DNA from: Candidatus Saccharicenans sp.
Lineage (GTDB): Bacteria; Acidobacteriota; Aminicenantia; Aminicenantales; Saccharicenantaceae
Direction: 5' to 3'
Length of the DNA stretch: 64,000 nt
NCBI GenBank assembly: GCA_026414545.1
Contig: JAOAIU010000058.1
Location: 41,682 to 105,681 of the forward strand
The notes beneath the pieces were generated by a model that saw only the letters and a list, made by a program, of their open reading frames with translations, did no database searches and had not been told where the DNA came from. The translations under genes and the position numbers were made by a program. Positions 1 through 8,641 of the stretch are shown here, piece by piece. Position 1 is the first letter of the stretch. The number at the start of each line of letters is the position of its first letter.

Positions 1-159
1 TCTTAGCTCGGCTGCCCTTACTCCAAAACAATCAACAGGTTCGGGAAAAAATTTCTGGGTCGTTACGGCTACCTCCGGGTCAGCCAGCTCCTGAAGTCGC
101 TGGACTATTTCCTTCTGGATGGACCAAAGACCGCGGGCGTGATTCCTAACAACAAACAT
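1..159 (-). CDS. DNA alkylation repair protein-like (AlkD/HEAT-repeat family). Only the N-terminal 53 codons are present; the gene runs off the left edge.
   Basis: Not in the ORF track because it is open at the window edge. A reverse-strand ATG at 157-159 gives MFVVRNHARGLWSIQKEIVQRLQELADPEVAVTTQKFFPEPVDCFGVRAAELR. The L..LADPE.A...Q.FF....FGVR...LR pattern matches my memory of DNA_alkylation family N-termini. Confidence 0.4.
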   Translation of the reverse strand, partial: MFVVRNHARGLWSIQKEIVQRLQELADPEVAVTTQKFFPEPVDCFGVRAAELR

Positions 160-260
160 GCGAATCAAGATTTTTCAATTTTACTGATTTGCCCCGCTTA
201 TGGCAATAAGAAAATTACTCAGACCAAGATAAACCCAAAAAACTTTTTTAAAGAATTATC

Positions 261-479
261 CTACTGTTGCTCAGGTTTCTTTCGGCCCAGGGTGGAAATT
301 CCGAGCAGGACATAGAGCGGACAAAAACCGAACAGGCTGGTGCCCAGAAAAATAACGGCCACGACTGCCAGAATGTAAGCCAGCGTCCCTTTAACCACTC
401 CGGCCAGCACCAGGATGCCCAGGACAACTGCCAGCAAGGTCCTCAGGGTCCGGTCCACAGCTCCCATGTTCTTTTTCAT
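261..479 (-). CDS. DUF2892 (YgaP C-terminal-like) small inner-membrane protein
   Basis: 72 aa with two hydrophobic helices and the family-typical DR..R N-terminus plus a G.CPLY motif (FGFCPLYVLLG). Confidence 0.7.
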   Translation of the reverse strand: MKKNMGAVDRTLRTLLAVVLGILVLAGVVKGTLAYILAVVAVIFLGTSLFGFCPLYVLLGISTLGRKKPEQQ

Positions 480-572
480 TTTGCCCTCCTTTTTTTATTT
501 AATCTTAACTCTATGATAATAAAAAATTAATCTTATTGCCATAAAAATTAAAAGGTGCGAAAATTAGCAGGT

Positions 573-578
573 TATAAT
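573..578 (+). promoter_or_regulatory. Possible -10 box (TATAAT) for the ArsC-like gene
   Basis: A perfect TATAAT lies 20 nt upstream of the ATG at 598 in an AT-rich divergent intergenic region. No good -35 box is present. Confidence 0.3.
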
Positions 579-597
579 CAAAAAAAGGTTAAAAAAT

Positions 598-1041
598 ATG
601 GAGAAAATCAAGGTCCTTTTTGTCTGTGATGACAACAGCCTGAGAAGCCCGATAGCCGAAGCCTGGCTTAACTATCTGGGGCAGGAAGATTTTCTGGCCA
701 GAAGCGCCGGCTTCGAACCTGGTTCCCTCAATCCTCTGGCCGTGGCTGTAATGCAGGAAGTTGGTCTGGACATCTCCGGACATAAGACCAGAAGTGTATT
801 CGCCCTCTATACCGCCGGTGAGCTCTTTGCTTATGTTATTACTCTCTGTGACCCGGCCGTGGCCGAGCGCTGTCCCATCTTCCCTGGGGTGGCCAGGGTA
901 GCCAACTGGCCATTTCCAGACCCTACCCGGGAAGAAATTCCAGAAGATGAAAAGCTGCGGCGGGTAAGGGAGCTCCGAGACCTGCTCCGGGAACGGGTGG
1001 AAAAATTTATCCAGATGGCCAGACCTGAATCTCAGGGTTGA
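598..1041 (+). CDS. Arsenate reductase / low-molecular-weight phosphotyrosine phosphatase family protein (thioredoxin-coupled ArsC type)
   Basis: The CX5R P-loop VLFVCDDNSLRSPIAEAW aligns with ICTGNSCRSQMAEGW of pI258 ArsC. TLCDPAVAERCP aligns with TLCSDADNNCP, conserving the second and third redox cysteines, and a DP motif follows (PFPDP). Confidence 0.75.
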   Translation: MEKIKVLFVCDDNSLRSPIAEAWLNYLGQEDFLARSAGFEPGSLNPLAVAVMQEVGLDISGHKTRSVFALYTAGELFAYVITLCDPAVAERCPIFPGVARVANWPFPDPTREEIPEDEKLRRVRELRDLLRERVEKFIQMARPESQG

Positions 1042-1049
1042 GGCCAGAC

Positions 1050-2120
1050 TTAGCCCAGCAGGTCCCGTCGGGCAGCCTCCATCAACAGGAAGAAAGCCTG
1101 CCCCTCGGTAGCCACCCCGGGCGACTGGAAGAGTGGTGAGCCACAGACATCGTTGACGTATCCGAAAGAATCTACTTTCTTAAGCACGGCCCGGCGCATG
1201 GCTTCGGCCGTCTTCAGATATTTCCGGTCAAGCCAGCCCAGCTGGATGTTGCGATAAATCGTATAGGCCAGCATCTGGGCCAGGTTGGTTTCCACAAAAG
1301 TTTCAGCTCGGTCCAGGACGTCGTGAAACAGGCCGTCCTGTCGCTGATACTTCAAGCAGCCATCCAGAAGCTCCTTTATATAATTCTTTAACTTATTTCT
1401 TTCGACTTTAAGGTTTTCGGGTAGGGCCCGAAGCACCCGGGTCATCCCGGCTGCGGCCCAGCCATTTCCCACCCCCCAGAAATCCTGCCTTTCAAATTTT
1501 TTAAGGCCATAGTCGTAGATGTGAGAAAACAATTTCTTTCGGGGATCCCAAAGGTATTTTCTCAGGCCATCGACCTGGAATATGGCTTCCTGGAAAAATC
1601 CCATGACGGCCAGGAACGGTGGACACATGTACATGGAATCAATCCACAGCTGGGGTTTATGGTCGACATGAAAAATAACACCGTCCGAGGTGCGGGGAGC
1701 CGTTTTCAGAAAATACTCGGCCTGTTTCTGAGCGGCCTGAAACAAGCGCTGGTCAGATAGAACTCGGGCCGCAAACAGAACGGCTTCGCCGTTGGCCCCG
1801 GGGTCGGTTACCCCGTGATTGTCACAGACCTGGCCCAGACGGCCGTCTTCCCACTGCCGCAGGACGGCTTCCCGGGCCATCATGATGACCATCCTCTCGT
1901 CTCCCAGCTCCAGCAGAGCCTGAGCGGCCACCCCCTGTTCCCAGGCCTGGCGTTGCATGGTCAACATGGCGATTTTAACCCTGTCAATAAGGTTACTGTC
2001 TTCTAAATTCTCTTTTCTATCCCCTGATTTGATATTCCGCTCAAGCTTCGCTAATAGCCCACCTGGAACCAGGCCGACACCAATAACTGTTCCCAGAAAA
2101 TTTCTTCGGTTCATAAGCAT
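1050..2120 (-). CDS. Glycosyl hydrolase family 88/105 (unsaturated glucuronyl/rhamnogalacturonyl hydrolase-like) with a Tat signal
   Basis: Twin-arginine N-terminus MLMNRRNFLGTVIGVG. Family-typical WIDSMYM.PPFLA and FWGVGNGWAAAG motifs. Confidence 0.7.
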   Translation of the reverse strand: MLMNRRNFLGTVIGVGLVPGGLLAKLERNIKSGDRKENLEDSNLIDRVKIAMLTMQRQAWEQGVAAQALLELGDERMVIMMAREAVLRQWEDGRLGQVCDNHGVTDPGANGEAVLFAARVLSDQRLFQAAQKQAEYFLKTAPRTSDGVIFHVDHKPQLWIDSMYMCPPFLAVMGFFQEAIFQVDGLRKYLWDPRKKLFSHIYDYGLKKFERQDFWGVGNGWAAAGMTRVLRALPENLKVERNKLKNYIKELLDGCLKYQRQDGLFHDVLDRAETFVETNLAQMLAYTIYRNIQLGWLDRKYLKTAEAMRRAVLKKVDSFGYVNDVCGSPLFQSPGVATEGQAFFLLMEAARRDLLG

Positions 2121-2142
2121 AAACCTCCCTAAATGATCGATT

Positions 2143-2166
2143 AGGGCCCATCTGGCTATGGGCCCT
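2143..2166. other. Perfect 9-bp inverted repeat (AGGGCCCAT-N6-ATGGGCCCT) between two co-directional minus-strand genes
   Basis: Read directly: agggcccat ctggct atgggccct. It sits between the stop of 2271-2702 and the start of 1050-2120. No clear U-tract follows on the minus strand. Confidence 0.35.
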
Positions 2167-2270
2167 TACGTTTTCTTCCTGAATATTACTGAACATTATT
2201 TTTGGCACAAGCTTCACTTAACTGCCGTTAGCCCAGAAAATGCACACGCCAATTAAAGCCCGGGCGGTAA

Positions 2271-2702
2271 CTACCAGGAGTCCCCGAAATATTCTTTGTA
2301 AACTTCTTGAATGCGTTCCTGAACTCGTCTTTCCAGTTGTCTTTTTTGATCTGAGGTCAGGTTCCGCCGGTAGCGGTCGTAATCGTTGAAGGTAATCCCG
2401 TATTTCTGATAGACCAGGTCCATCTGGCGGTGGGCCTCGTCCAGGTCTTCTTTATATTTATCGAAAATCAGTGCGGCCCTGGCAGTTATATCCACATAAA
2501 TTTCTTCGGTGATTTTTGGAGCTGGCGGAGGAGTAGGTTTACTCTCTTCCGGACTCTCTTCCTGGGGCCAGGCTTCTTTGCCGGTATTGTTATCCCGGCC
2601 CTGACAGCAAAACAGTCCCAGGAGAAAAACCAGCATCAAGACCGGAAGTCCGATTTTAAGTCCCCAGTCAGGATGTTCGTGGCCATAAATACGGGCACCC
2701 AT
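2271..2702 (-). CDS. Hypothetical membrane-anchored or lipoprotein with a proline-rich linker and helical C-terminal domain
   Basis: 143-aa ORF with a hydrophobic N-terminal segment ending LGLFCC, a PTPPPAP linker and a charged helical tail. I recognise no family. Confidence 0.5.
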   Translation of the reverse strand: MGARIYGHEHPDWGLKIGLPVLMLVFLLGLFCCQGRDNNTGKEAWPQEESPEESKPTPPPAPKITEEIYVDITARAALIFDKYKEDLDEAHRQMDLVYQKYGITFNDYDRYRRNLTSDQKRQLERRVQERIQEVYKEYFGDSW

Positions 2703-2755
2703 CTTTTGCCCCGTTCCTGCTCGGTGCGGATGGATTACCGGTTCCTTTTGTCCAT

Positions 2756-5152
2756 CTAATCTTCGTAATATCGCCTTCTTAGTTTCTTCGGCTTTTCATT
2801 GACCGGGTCGGCATCCAGAAGCCACATTCCGCGGCCATGGGTGGCTATGACGATGATGTTATCTCTGGGGTGGATAATCAGGTCGTGAACGTAAACCGAA
2901 GGAAGATTACCTCCCAGCACCTGCCAGCTCTGCCCCCGGTCTCTGGAAACATAAACTCCGAGGTCAGTACCCACATACAGAATGTTCCGGTCCACCGGGT
3001 CTTCCCTGATTACGTTGACAGGCCCGAGAGGCAGTCCTTTAGAAATATCCATCCAGGTCCGCCCAAAATCCCTGGACATCCAGACATAAGGGGTAAAATC
3101 ATCATCAAACCTTCCGTGCTGGGTCAAATAGACAGTCCCCATCTCATACTGGCTGGCCACTATCCTGGAAACCCATTTCTGAAAGGGCAACCCGGTGGTG
3201 ATTTCCTGCCAGCTCTTACCCCCGTCCCTGGTCACAGAAACCCGACCGCAATCGGTACCCACGTAAATCAGACCATACTTAAGCGGAGACTCGGAAATGG
3301 CAGTAATCGTGTGATAAGGGATATCCCCAGCTTCGGCCGGAATAAAATAGGTCAGGTCGGGGCTGATTCGCTCCCAGGTATCACCCCGGTCGAGGGACCT
3401 GAACAGATACTGCATTCCGTGATAGATGATGTTGGGGTTATGGGGAGAAAGGATGAAATGGGCCAGCCACTGGCCACGCAGCTTAGGTTCATCCGGGAAG
3501 ACTCTGGGAACTATCAATTTGGTCCTTTCCGGACCGCGCAGGCTGAGGTCGGTCCTGGTCAGATTTCCATAGAAACCGCAAGAATAGACCAGGTTGGGGT
3601 TGGTGGGGTCGATGGCATGATGAGAACCTTCCCCGCCCGGCGCCCTTTCAAAAGCCACCGGCCGGACGGCATTTCTTCCGCGACTCAGGTCTACGGCCGC
3701 CCGGAAGCTACCGTGGTCCTGCATCGAGCCGTAAACATGAAACGGCGTATCCATATCGTAATTTATGTTGAAAAATTGACAGACCGGCAGGCTCTGGCTA
3801 GTATTCTTCCAATTTTTGCCGCCGTCGTAGGAGATTTCCAGCCCGCCATCATTGACGTTGACCAGGTAATTTGAATTATCAGGGTCGATCCACAGGCCAT
3901 GGTGGTCGACATGATAAAGATTTGGAACCTCGGCAAAAGTCCTCCCACCGTCGCGGGAGACACTCATCGGAACACCCATGATGTAGACCTTGTCGGGGTC
4001 GTTGGGGTCAACCCTGATCTGTCCGAAGACCCAGCCATAGGTTCCGGAGTGATTTTCCAGGTACTTTTTCATCTCTTCGCTGGTCGGAGCTGTAACCTTC
4101 CAGCTTTCACCTCCATCGTCTGACCGGTAGACGGTGGCTCCCTTGATCAGCCCGGTACTGGGCAGACCATAGGCATCGCCTCTTTCCTCCTGGCTTGGCT
4201 CCCTCGAAATTTCATAGTTGTCCACCAGCGCATATAAGACTTTTGGATTCTTAAGGCAGATATCGATTCCAATCCTCCCCCTGAACCTGGCCTCCGGCAG
4301 ACCGTTATTGATCTGCTTCCAGGTCTTCCCCCCGTCGGTAGATTTCCAAATTCCGCTGCCGTTGTACTGCGGTTCGTTACGGGGGTCATTCCATTTCTTC
4401 CTGATCCTCTGCCAGGTCACGGCATACAGGGTGTCATGGTCAACTGGGTCCATGGCCAGGTCGATAGCTCCGGTCTGTTCATTGACAAACAGGACCCTGG
4501 ACCAGGTAAGTCCGCCGTCAGTGGTCTTGTAAACTCCCCTTTCCTGATTGAAGGTCCATTCATGTCCGGAAGCGGCCACATAGACTACCTCCGGGTTCTT
4601 CGGATGAACAATTATTCTGGCAATGGTGTTAGTATCGGTCAACCCCATGTGTTTCCAGGTTTGTCCGCCGTCGGTTGACCTGTAAACCCCGCTGCCGGGA
4701 TGGGAGCTTCGAAATATATTGGCCTCGCCCGTCCCCACCCAGATAATCCGGTGGTCCGAAGGGGCCAGGGCTATGTCTCCAATCGAACTGGAGAGTTCCC
4801 GCTCAAAAATTGGTTCCCAGGTTGTGCCCTCATTCTCCGTTTTCCAGACTCCACCGGAGGCGGTGGCCACATAGATGGTATAGTTCTTACCTTTCGGGGT
4901 AACTACGGCCAAGTCGGTGCAGCGGCCGCTGATATTGACCGGACCCAGAAATTGCCATTTAAGTCCGGCCAGAGGCGATGAAGCCTGCAATTGACGGTGC
5001 TGTTCGAATCCCTTCAACCTTACTTCTGGCGGCGTATTCTGGATCCTGATTGCCTTTTTCTGGGCTTGAGGCAGACCGGATAAAGACAAAAAGGTGACCG
5101 CCAGGATAACGATAAATAAAAAGAAAGACAAACGGCGATTTTGACTGTTCAT
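2756..5152 (-). CDS. BNR/Asp-box repeat double beta-propeller protein (sortilin/VPS10- or GH74-like), secreted
   Basis: Ten S/T-x-D-x-G-x-T/S-W/F Asp-boxes, e.g. STDGGQTW, TTDGGLTW, STDGGKTW, SDDGGESW, SRDGGRTF, SYDGGKNW, SLDRGDTW, TRDGGKSW, SRDFGRTW and SRDRGQSW. I prefer the start at MNSQNRR (5152), which has GGAG 6 nt upstream, over the track start at 5215. A signal peptide follows. Confidence 0.75.
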   Translation of the reverse strand: MNSQNRRLSFFLFIVILAVTFLSLSGLPQAQKKAIRIQNTPPEVRLKGFEQHRQLQASSPLAGLKWQFLGPVNISGRCTDLAVVTPKGKNYTIYVATASGGVWKTENEGTTWEPIFERELSSSIGDIALAPSDHRIIWVGTGEANIFRSSHPGSGVYRSTDGGQTWKHMGLTDTNTIARIIVHPKNPEVVYVAASGHEWTFNQERGVYKTTDGGLTWSRVLFVNEQTGAIDLAMDPVDHDTLYAVTWQRIRKKWNDPRNEPQYNGSGIWKSTDGGKTWKQINNGLPEARFRGRIGIDICLKNPKVLYALVDNYEISREPSQEERGDAYGLPSTGLIKGATVYRSDDGGESWKVTAPTSEEMKKYLENHSGTYGWVFGQIRVDPNDPDKVYIMGVPMSVSRDGGRTFAEVPNLYHVDHHGLWIDPDNSNYLVNVNDGGLEISYDGGKNWKNTSQSLPVCQFFNINYDMDTPFHVYGSMQDHGSFRAAVDLSRGRNAVRPVAFERAPGGEGSHHAIDPTNPNLVYSCGFYGNLTRTDLSLRGPERTKLIVPRVFPDEPKLRGQWLAHFILSPHNPNIIYHGMQYLFRSLDRGDTWERISPDLTYFIPAEAGDIPYHTITAISESPLKYGLIYVGTDCGRVSVTRDGGKSWQEITTGLPFQKWVSRIVASQYEMGTVYLTQHGRFDDDFTPYVWMSRDFGRTWMDISKGLPLGPVNVIREDPVDRNILYVGTDLGVYVSRDRGQSWQVLGGNLPSVYVHDLIIHPRDNIIVIATHGRGMWLLDADPVNEKPKKLRRRYYED

Positions 5153-5234
5153 CCGGAACTCCATTCTATTATTTTCAGACAGGTTCTCTTTATCAGAAAG
5201 ACCTGTCTTTATCAAGAAAATTTTGGCTCCAGGT

Positions 5235-5501
5235 CTATGGCTTGTCCCGCATTTCTTTTTCCACCACGATGGTCAGGTTGGAAGCCAGGGCAGCTACCGC
5301 CCCTATGGCCGCCCAGACTGGGGCAATCAATGTCCCGACGATGCCTACCGTCAGTGGAATTTCCATGAAAGTGCGACCGTCTTCTGTTTTGAAAATTATC
5401 CGGCGGGCATTCCCCTCTCTTATTATTTCCTTGATTTTTTCCAGGATTTCAGAGCCGCTGACTTTGAATTCTTCGAACCCGGTTTTTTTCTCCTCCATCA
5501 T
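5235..5501 (-). CDS. DUF4342 domain protein
   Basis: 88 aa. The FKVSGSEILEKIKEIIREGNARRIIFK..G....EIPLTVG pattern followed by a hydrophobic tail is as I remember for DUF4342. Confidence 0.6.
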   Translation of the reverse strand: MMEEKKTGFEEFKVSGSEILEKIKEIIREGNARRIIFKTEDGRTFMEIPLTVGIVGTLIAPVWAAIGAVAALASNLTIVVEKEMRDKP

Positions 5502-5521
5502 TCTCTCCTTTTTATTTATGA

Positions 5522-6076
5522 CTAAAACTGATCAGGGAAAATCTTTTTCAGAATCGCCCTTGAACCCGGCAGCAGGGAATTTGAATCCACCTCCCGCCAG
5601 GCAGCATAGCTAATCTGCCATCGGCCGGCCCTTTTTGCCAGGCGAAAATCAAACCTATAGTAAACTCCGACCACCCCCACCAGTTTCCTGAGAGTCTCAA
5701 GTGGCCCGGAGGAAAGCAGGACGTCGGCCTCAGCCTCGGCCGGGTCCTTACTTATGTCTACGTAAATGTCAAGCAGGTGAATGGCCAGACCCTGGTAATT
5801 CTTAAAATAATATTGCAGCAAATCGACCGTCTGCTCCAGGTCCCGCCCCTCGAAATCGCGGTATTCAGCATCCAGATATAATTTGATTTTATCAACAGCT
5901 TTTTTCTCAGCCAGCCCGGCCACAGTTCGCAGTAATTCCCTGATGACTTCAGTTTCGTCTGTTCTCTGACAGGACTGCGAACAGGTCAGGAAACAGACCG
6001 CGGTAGCCAGCAGCGTGAGCCGCGCCAGAAGCCTGAGACCAGAGTTTTTTCCGTCCGTGTGTTTTATTTGGGACAT
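5522..6076 (-). CDS. Hypothetical lipoprotein, possibly NTF2/SnoaL-like fold
   Basis: 184 aa with a signal sequence and lipobox-like CFLTC. The start of the next gene lies 20 nt downstream. The fold assignment is a guess from size and pattern only. Confidence 0.5.
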   Translation of the reverse strand: MSQIKHTDGKNSGLRLLARLTLLATAVCFLTCSQSCQRTDETEVIRELLRTVAGLAEKKAVDKIKLYLDAEYRDFEGRDLEQTVDLLQYYFKNYQGLAIHLLDIYVDISKDPAEAEADVLLSSGPLETLRKLVGVVGVYYRFDFRLAKRAGRWQISYAAWREVDSNSLLPGSRAILKKIFPDQF

Positions 6077-6179
6077 TAGCTTACCGGCTCATCATTTCAC
6101 CAAGTTTTAAGACTAATAATTGCCAGCTCTACCTATCTTCTCGCTCGAACATCTATTCAGCCCGCCATTAAGATCAGCT

Positions 6180-8036
6180 TTAACCCGCGGAGACACCGCC
6201 CCCGCCGCCACCTCCACCGCCCCCACCGCTGAAGCCGCCTCCGCTTCCAGAAGAGTAATGGGCTGCCTGCGCGCTGGCCTGGCTAATGGCCGAGGCCGCT
6301 CTTTCTATAGAAGAAATGGTGGCCGAAATTGCTTCCACCTGGTGAGCCAGCCCGGCTGCCCCGTAAGCTCCTCCCAGCCAGGCAGGGCTAACGGCCTGCT
6401 CTCCCTCAAGCACCTTAGGCAACATTTTGACCAGTTTCCTGGCATTGCCAAAAAGAATGCCAAAAACCAGGTACTTATCCCAGAGCCGGTAAGCTTCAGC
6501 CGGAATCTCACTGAATTCTGAAAAATCATCCAGGAACCGGTCCAGAGCTTTCCATAACTCGTTTTCCCGGGCCCAGTCCCGGCGGCGCCGTTTGAGTTTC
6601 GGGGCCAGGACCAAAGTCATGATAAACATTACCGGCGAAAAAGTCAGGCTGGCCACAACCAGGCTGATTATCAGGAAGATCTGGCTGAGACGGCGGCTCT
6701 CCGGTTCCACAAAACCCAGGTTCCGGCCCTCGTTCTGGATTTCCTTCTGCCACTGTCTGAACCAGACTTGATACTCGCTCGGGTGTTTCTTGAGGTAACC
6801 GGTCAGCTCATCCAGAGTAACTCTACTGCCGGGCTGTCCTGTTTCGCCAGCCCGGTCAAAAACCATATCCAGGACCGACTTTTCCCAGCTTCTCAGGCGG
6901 TCGTCTTCCCGGTAATTTTTCTTTAGCTCAAAAACAGTCTGCTCCTTTATTTTCGAACCGAGCAGAGTCTTTTTCTCAACCTTTTCGTCTTCTATCAGCA
7001 CATAGCCTCTGGTGGCCAGGTCAAAAAGGGTGGCGCTGAAGGCTACCGGCGTCGGCTTTTCACCTTCCCGTCGCAGGACCTGAACCAGGGCCGGCGCAAG
7101 GTCTGAGGGCAATTCTCGATAATATTCAGGAATATCATCGAAACGATAGTCCCGTCCGACTCTTTTCCAGTAATAAAAATAAATCAACAACCACAAAATT
7201 GGACCGACGATTTGCCAGACTACCCAGGCCAGCCCGAGCTTTTTCAGAAATTCAGTCCGGCGCGATTCCCTTTCCCGGGCCCGCTTGACCCTGGCTATGG
7301 TTTCCTCGACAAACCGGTCCTCTTCTTTTTTAATGGTTTCCAGGGTGTAGCCGGTTGCCGGAACTCCGGCCACCTGACCAGCTGGCCAGATCACTCTTAT
7401 TTCCATAAACTGTCTGGAAGCTATGTTGGTGGCTTCAAAGCGCAGGGTTTGAAGGTCCACAATCTCTGACCGCCCGGAAAGCGGACCATGTCCATATATG
7501 AGCAACTGCTCCCGGCTGGCCACCGCTTCAGGCAGGTGCACCGTCACCACGGCTCTGGCCGTGGGTCGGTCGACTTCGCTACCAATAATCTGCCAGTAAA
7601 GCTCGCTGAGCTCCGGATAATTAAATATGCCATTTATAACCCTGTAATGTATATTGAAGGTTCGTCTTTCATTCCGGGCGACAAATCGCCATTTAGCCTG
7701 AAACCTTCCCCCCTCGGTTGAGGTTTCCAGGGGCAGGTCCCGGCCCTGTTCATCCCGGACGCGAAAATCTTGCAGCCCGACCTCCAGGCCTGAGTTCTGT
7801 CTGGCCCGCAAAGGAATCCAGAGTGAAGCCCATGAAAATTGCCCCTGGAATTCAAAGGTCAGGAATTCGTCGACGATGAAAGACCCGTCTTTCTGCACGT
7901 ACAGGTCAGCCCTGAGTTCGGGAAAATAGAAATTCTTATTTTGAGCTTCGAGGCTAGCCAGCGGCCACGCCAGGAACAATAAAAATATAATGATAGAAAG
8001 ATAAGGCCGATGTTCTCGCCCCATGTTGAACCTCAT
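6180..8036 (-). CDS. DUF2207 domain membrane protein with a poly-Gly C-terminal tail
   Basis: 618 aa with a signal peptide, a large N-terminal extracytoplasmic domain and central TM helices. The C-terminal SSGSGGGFSGGGGGGGGGGGVSAG tail is characteristic of DUF2207 proteins. Confidence 0.7.
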   Translation of the reverse strand: MRFNMGREHRPYLSIIIFLLFLAWPLASLEAQNKNFYFPELRADLYVQKDGSFIVDEFLTFEFQGQFSWASLWIPLRARQNSGLEVGLQDFRVRDEQGRDLPLETSTEGGRFQAKWRFVARNERRTFNIHYRVINGIFNYPELSELYWQIIGSEVDRPTARAVVTVHLPEAVASREQLLIYGHGPLSGRSEIVDLQTLRFEATNIASRQFMEIRVIWPAGQVAGVPATGYTLETIKKEEDRFVEETIARVKRARERESRRTEFLKKLGLAWVVWQIVGPILWLLIYFYYWKRVGRDYRFDDIPEYYRELPSDLAPALVQVLRREGEKPTPVAFSATLFDLATRGYVLIEDEKVEKKTLLGSKIKEQTVFELKKNYREDDRLRSWEKSVLDMVFDRAGETGQPGSRVTLDELTGYLKKHPSEYQVWFRQWQKEIQNEGRNLGFVEPESRRLSQIFLIISLVVASLTFSPVMFIMTLVLAPKLKRRRRDWARENELWKALDRFLDDFSEFSEIPAEAYRLWDKYLVFGILFGNARKLVKMLPKVLEGEQAVSPAWLGGAYGAAGLAHQVEAISATISSIERAASAISQASAQAAHYSSGSGGGFSGGGGGGGGGGGVSAG

Positions 8037-8108
8037 CCAGACTTCGGAATGATATCAGTCAAGGCCCGAATAGCCAAAAGGACAACACCCGTTCCCGCCT
8101 ACCAATTT

Positions 8109-8459
8109 TCAGCGCGAGAGGACCTTGCGGTAGACATGCTCCAGCAAATGAACCCGGCTCTGGGGGTCAAGTTCTACAAATTCCAGCCCCATTTCAAAAA
8201 CATCGTCGTCGAACAGGCTCTTGACCCAGCGGACCTCGGCAATTCCGGTTATGAGCTTCTGGGATTCGGCCAGAGCAATTTCCAGCCGGACCCTGGTCTT
8301 CACCGGTAGCGGTGAATCAGTCATCAGCCGCAGTCCGCCAACCGAAATGTCCCGTGAAAATGAATAAAAAGATTCCTCTTCCTGCTGCTCGTTCTCGGGC
8401 AGAACATGAATGACCACCTTGTTTTCCTCATCCAGTCTCTTTTCCCTTCTTTTTTCCAT
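8109..8459 (-). CDS. PilZ domain protein (candidate c-di-GMP receptor)
   Basis: N-terminal RREKR (RxxxR-like) motif and a downstream D.S.GG motif (SRDISVGGLRL). Confidence 0.7.
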   Translation of the reverse strand: MEKRREKRLDEENKVVIHVLPENEQQEEESFYSFSRDISVGGLRLMTDSPLPVKTRVRLEIALAESQKLITGIAEVRWVKSLFDDDVFEMGLEFVELDPQSRVHLLEHVYRKVLSR

Positions 8460-8569
8460 TGCCGTCGGAATGGCTTTCCTCCTTTGCCTTTTTTAATTTT
8501 ATTATCACAGGCCGGCAAAAATATCAACAATAATTTTGGCCCTATCCATTCTCTTCGGCTCAGACAAAT

Positions 8570-8598
8570 TTGACAAAAAATCTGGAAAAAAATATCCT
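8570..8598 (+). promoter_or_regulatory. Putative sigma70-type promoter (TTGACA-N17-TATCCT) for the MFS gene
   Basis: Read directly. The -35 box is at 8570-8575 and the -10 box at 8593-8598, about 45 nt upstream of the ATG at 8642. Confidence 0.35.
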
Positions 8599-8641
8599 TC
8601 TTCTAAAACCGGTTGAAATATTCTAAGAAAGGAGCGAGCTG

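Noticed and set aside
4990-5020. GTTCGAATCC-like string reminiscent of a tRNA T-loop
   Set aside because: The flanking bases do not form a T-stem or an acceptor stem, and the string lies inside the well-supported Asp-box protein gene. I saw no tRNA anywhere in the window.
6183-6250. GC-rich low-complexity tract (GGN/CCN runs), considered as a possible simple repeat or contingency locus
   Set aside because: It encodes the poly-Gly tail (GGGFSGGGGGGGGGGG) that is a normal feature of DUF2207 proteins. The codons are mixed rather than forming a pure repeat unit.
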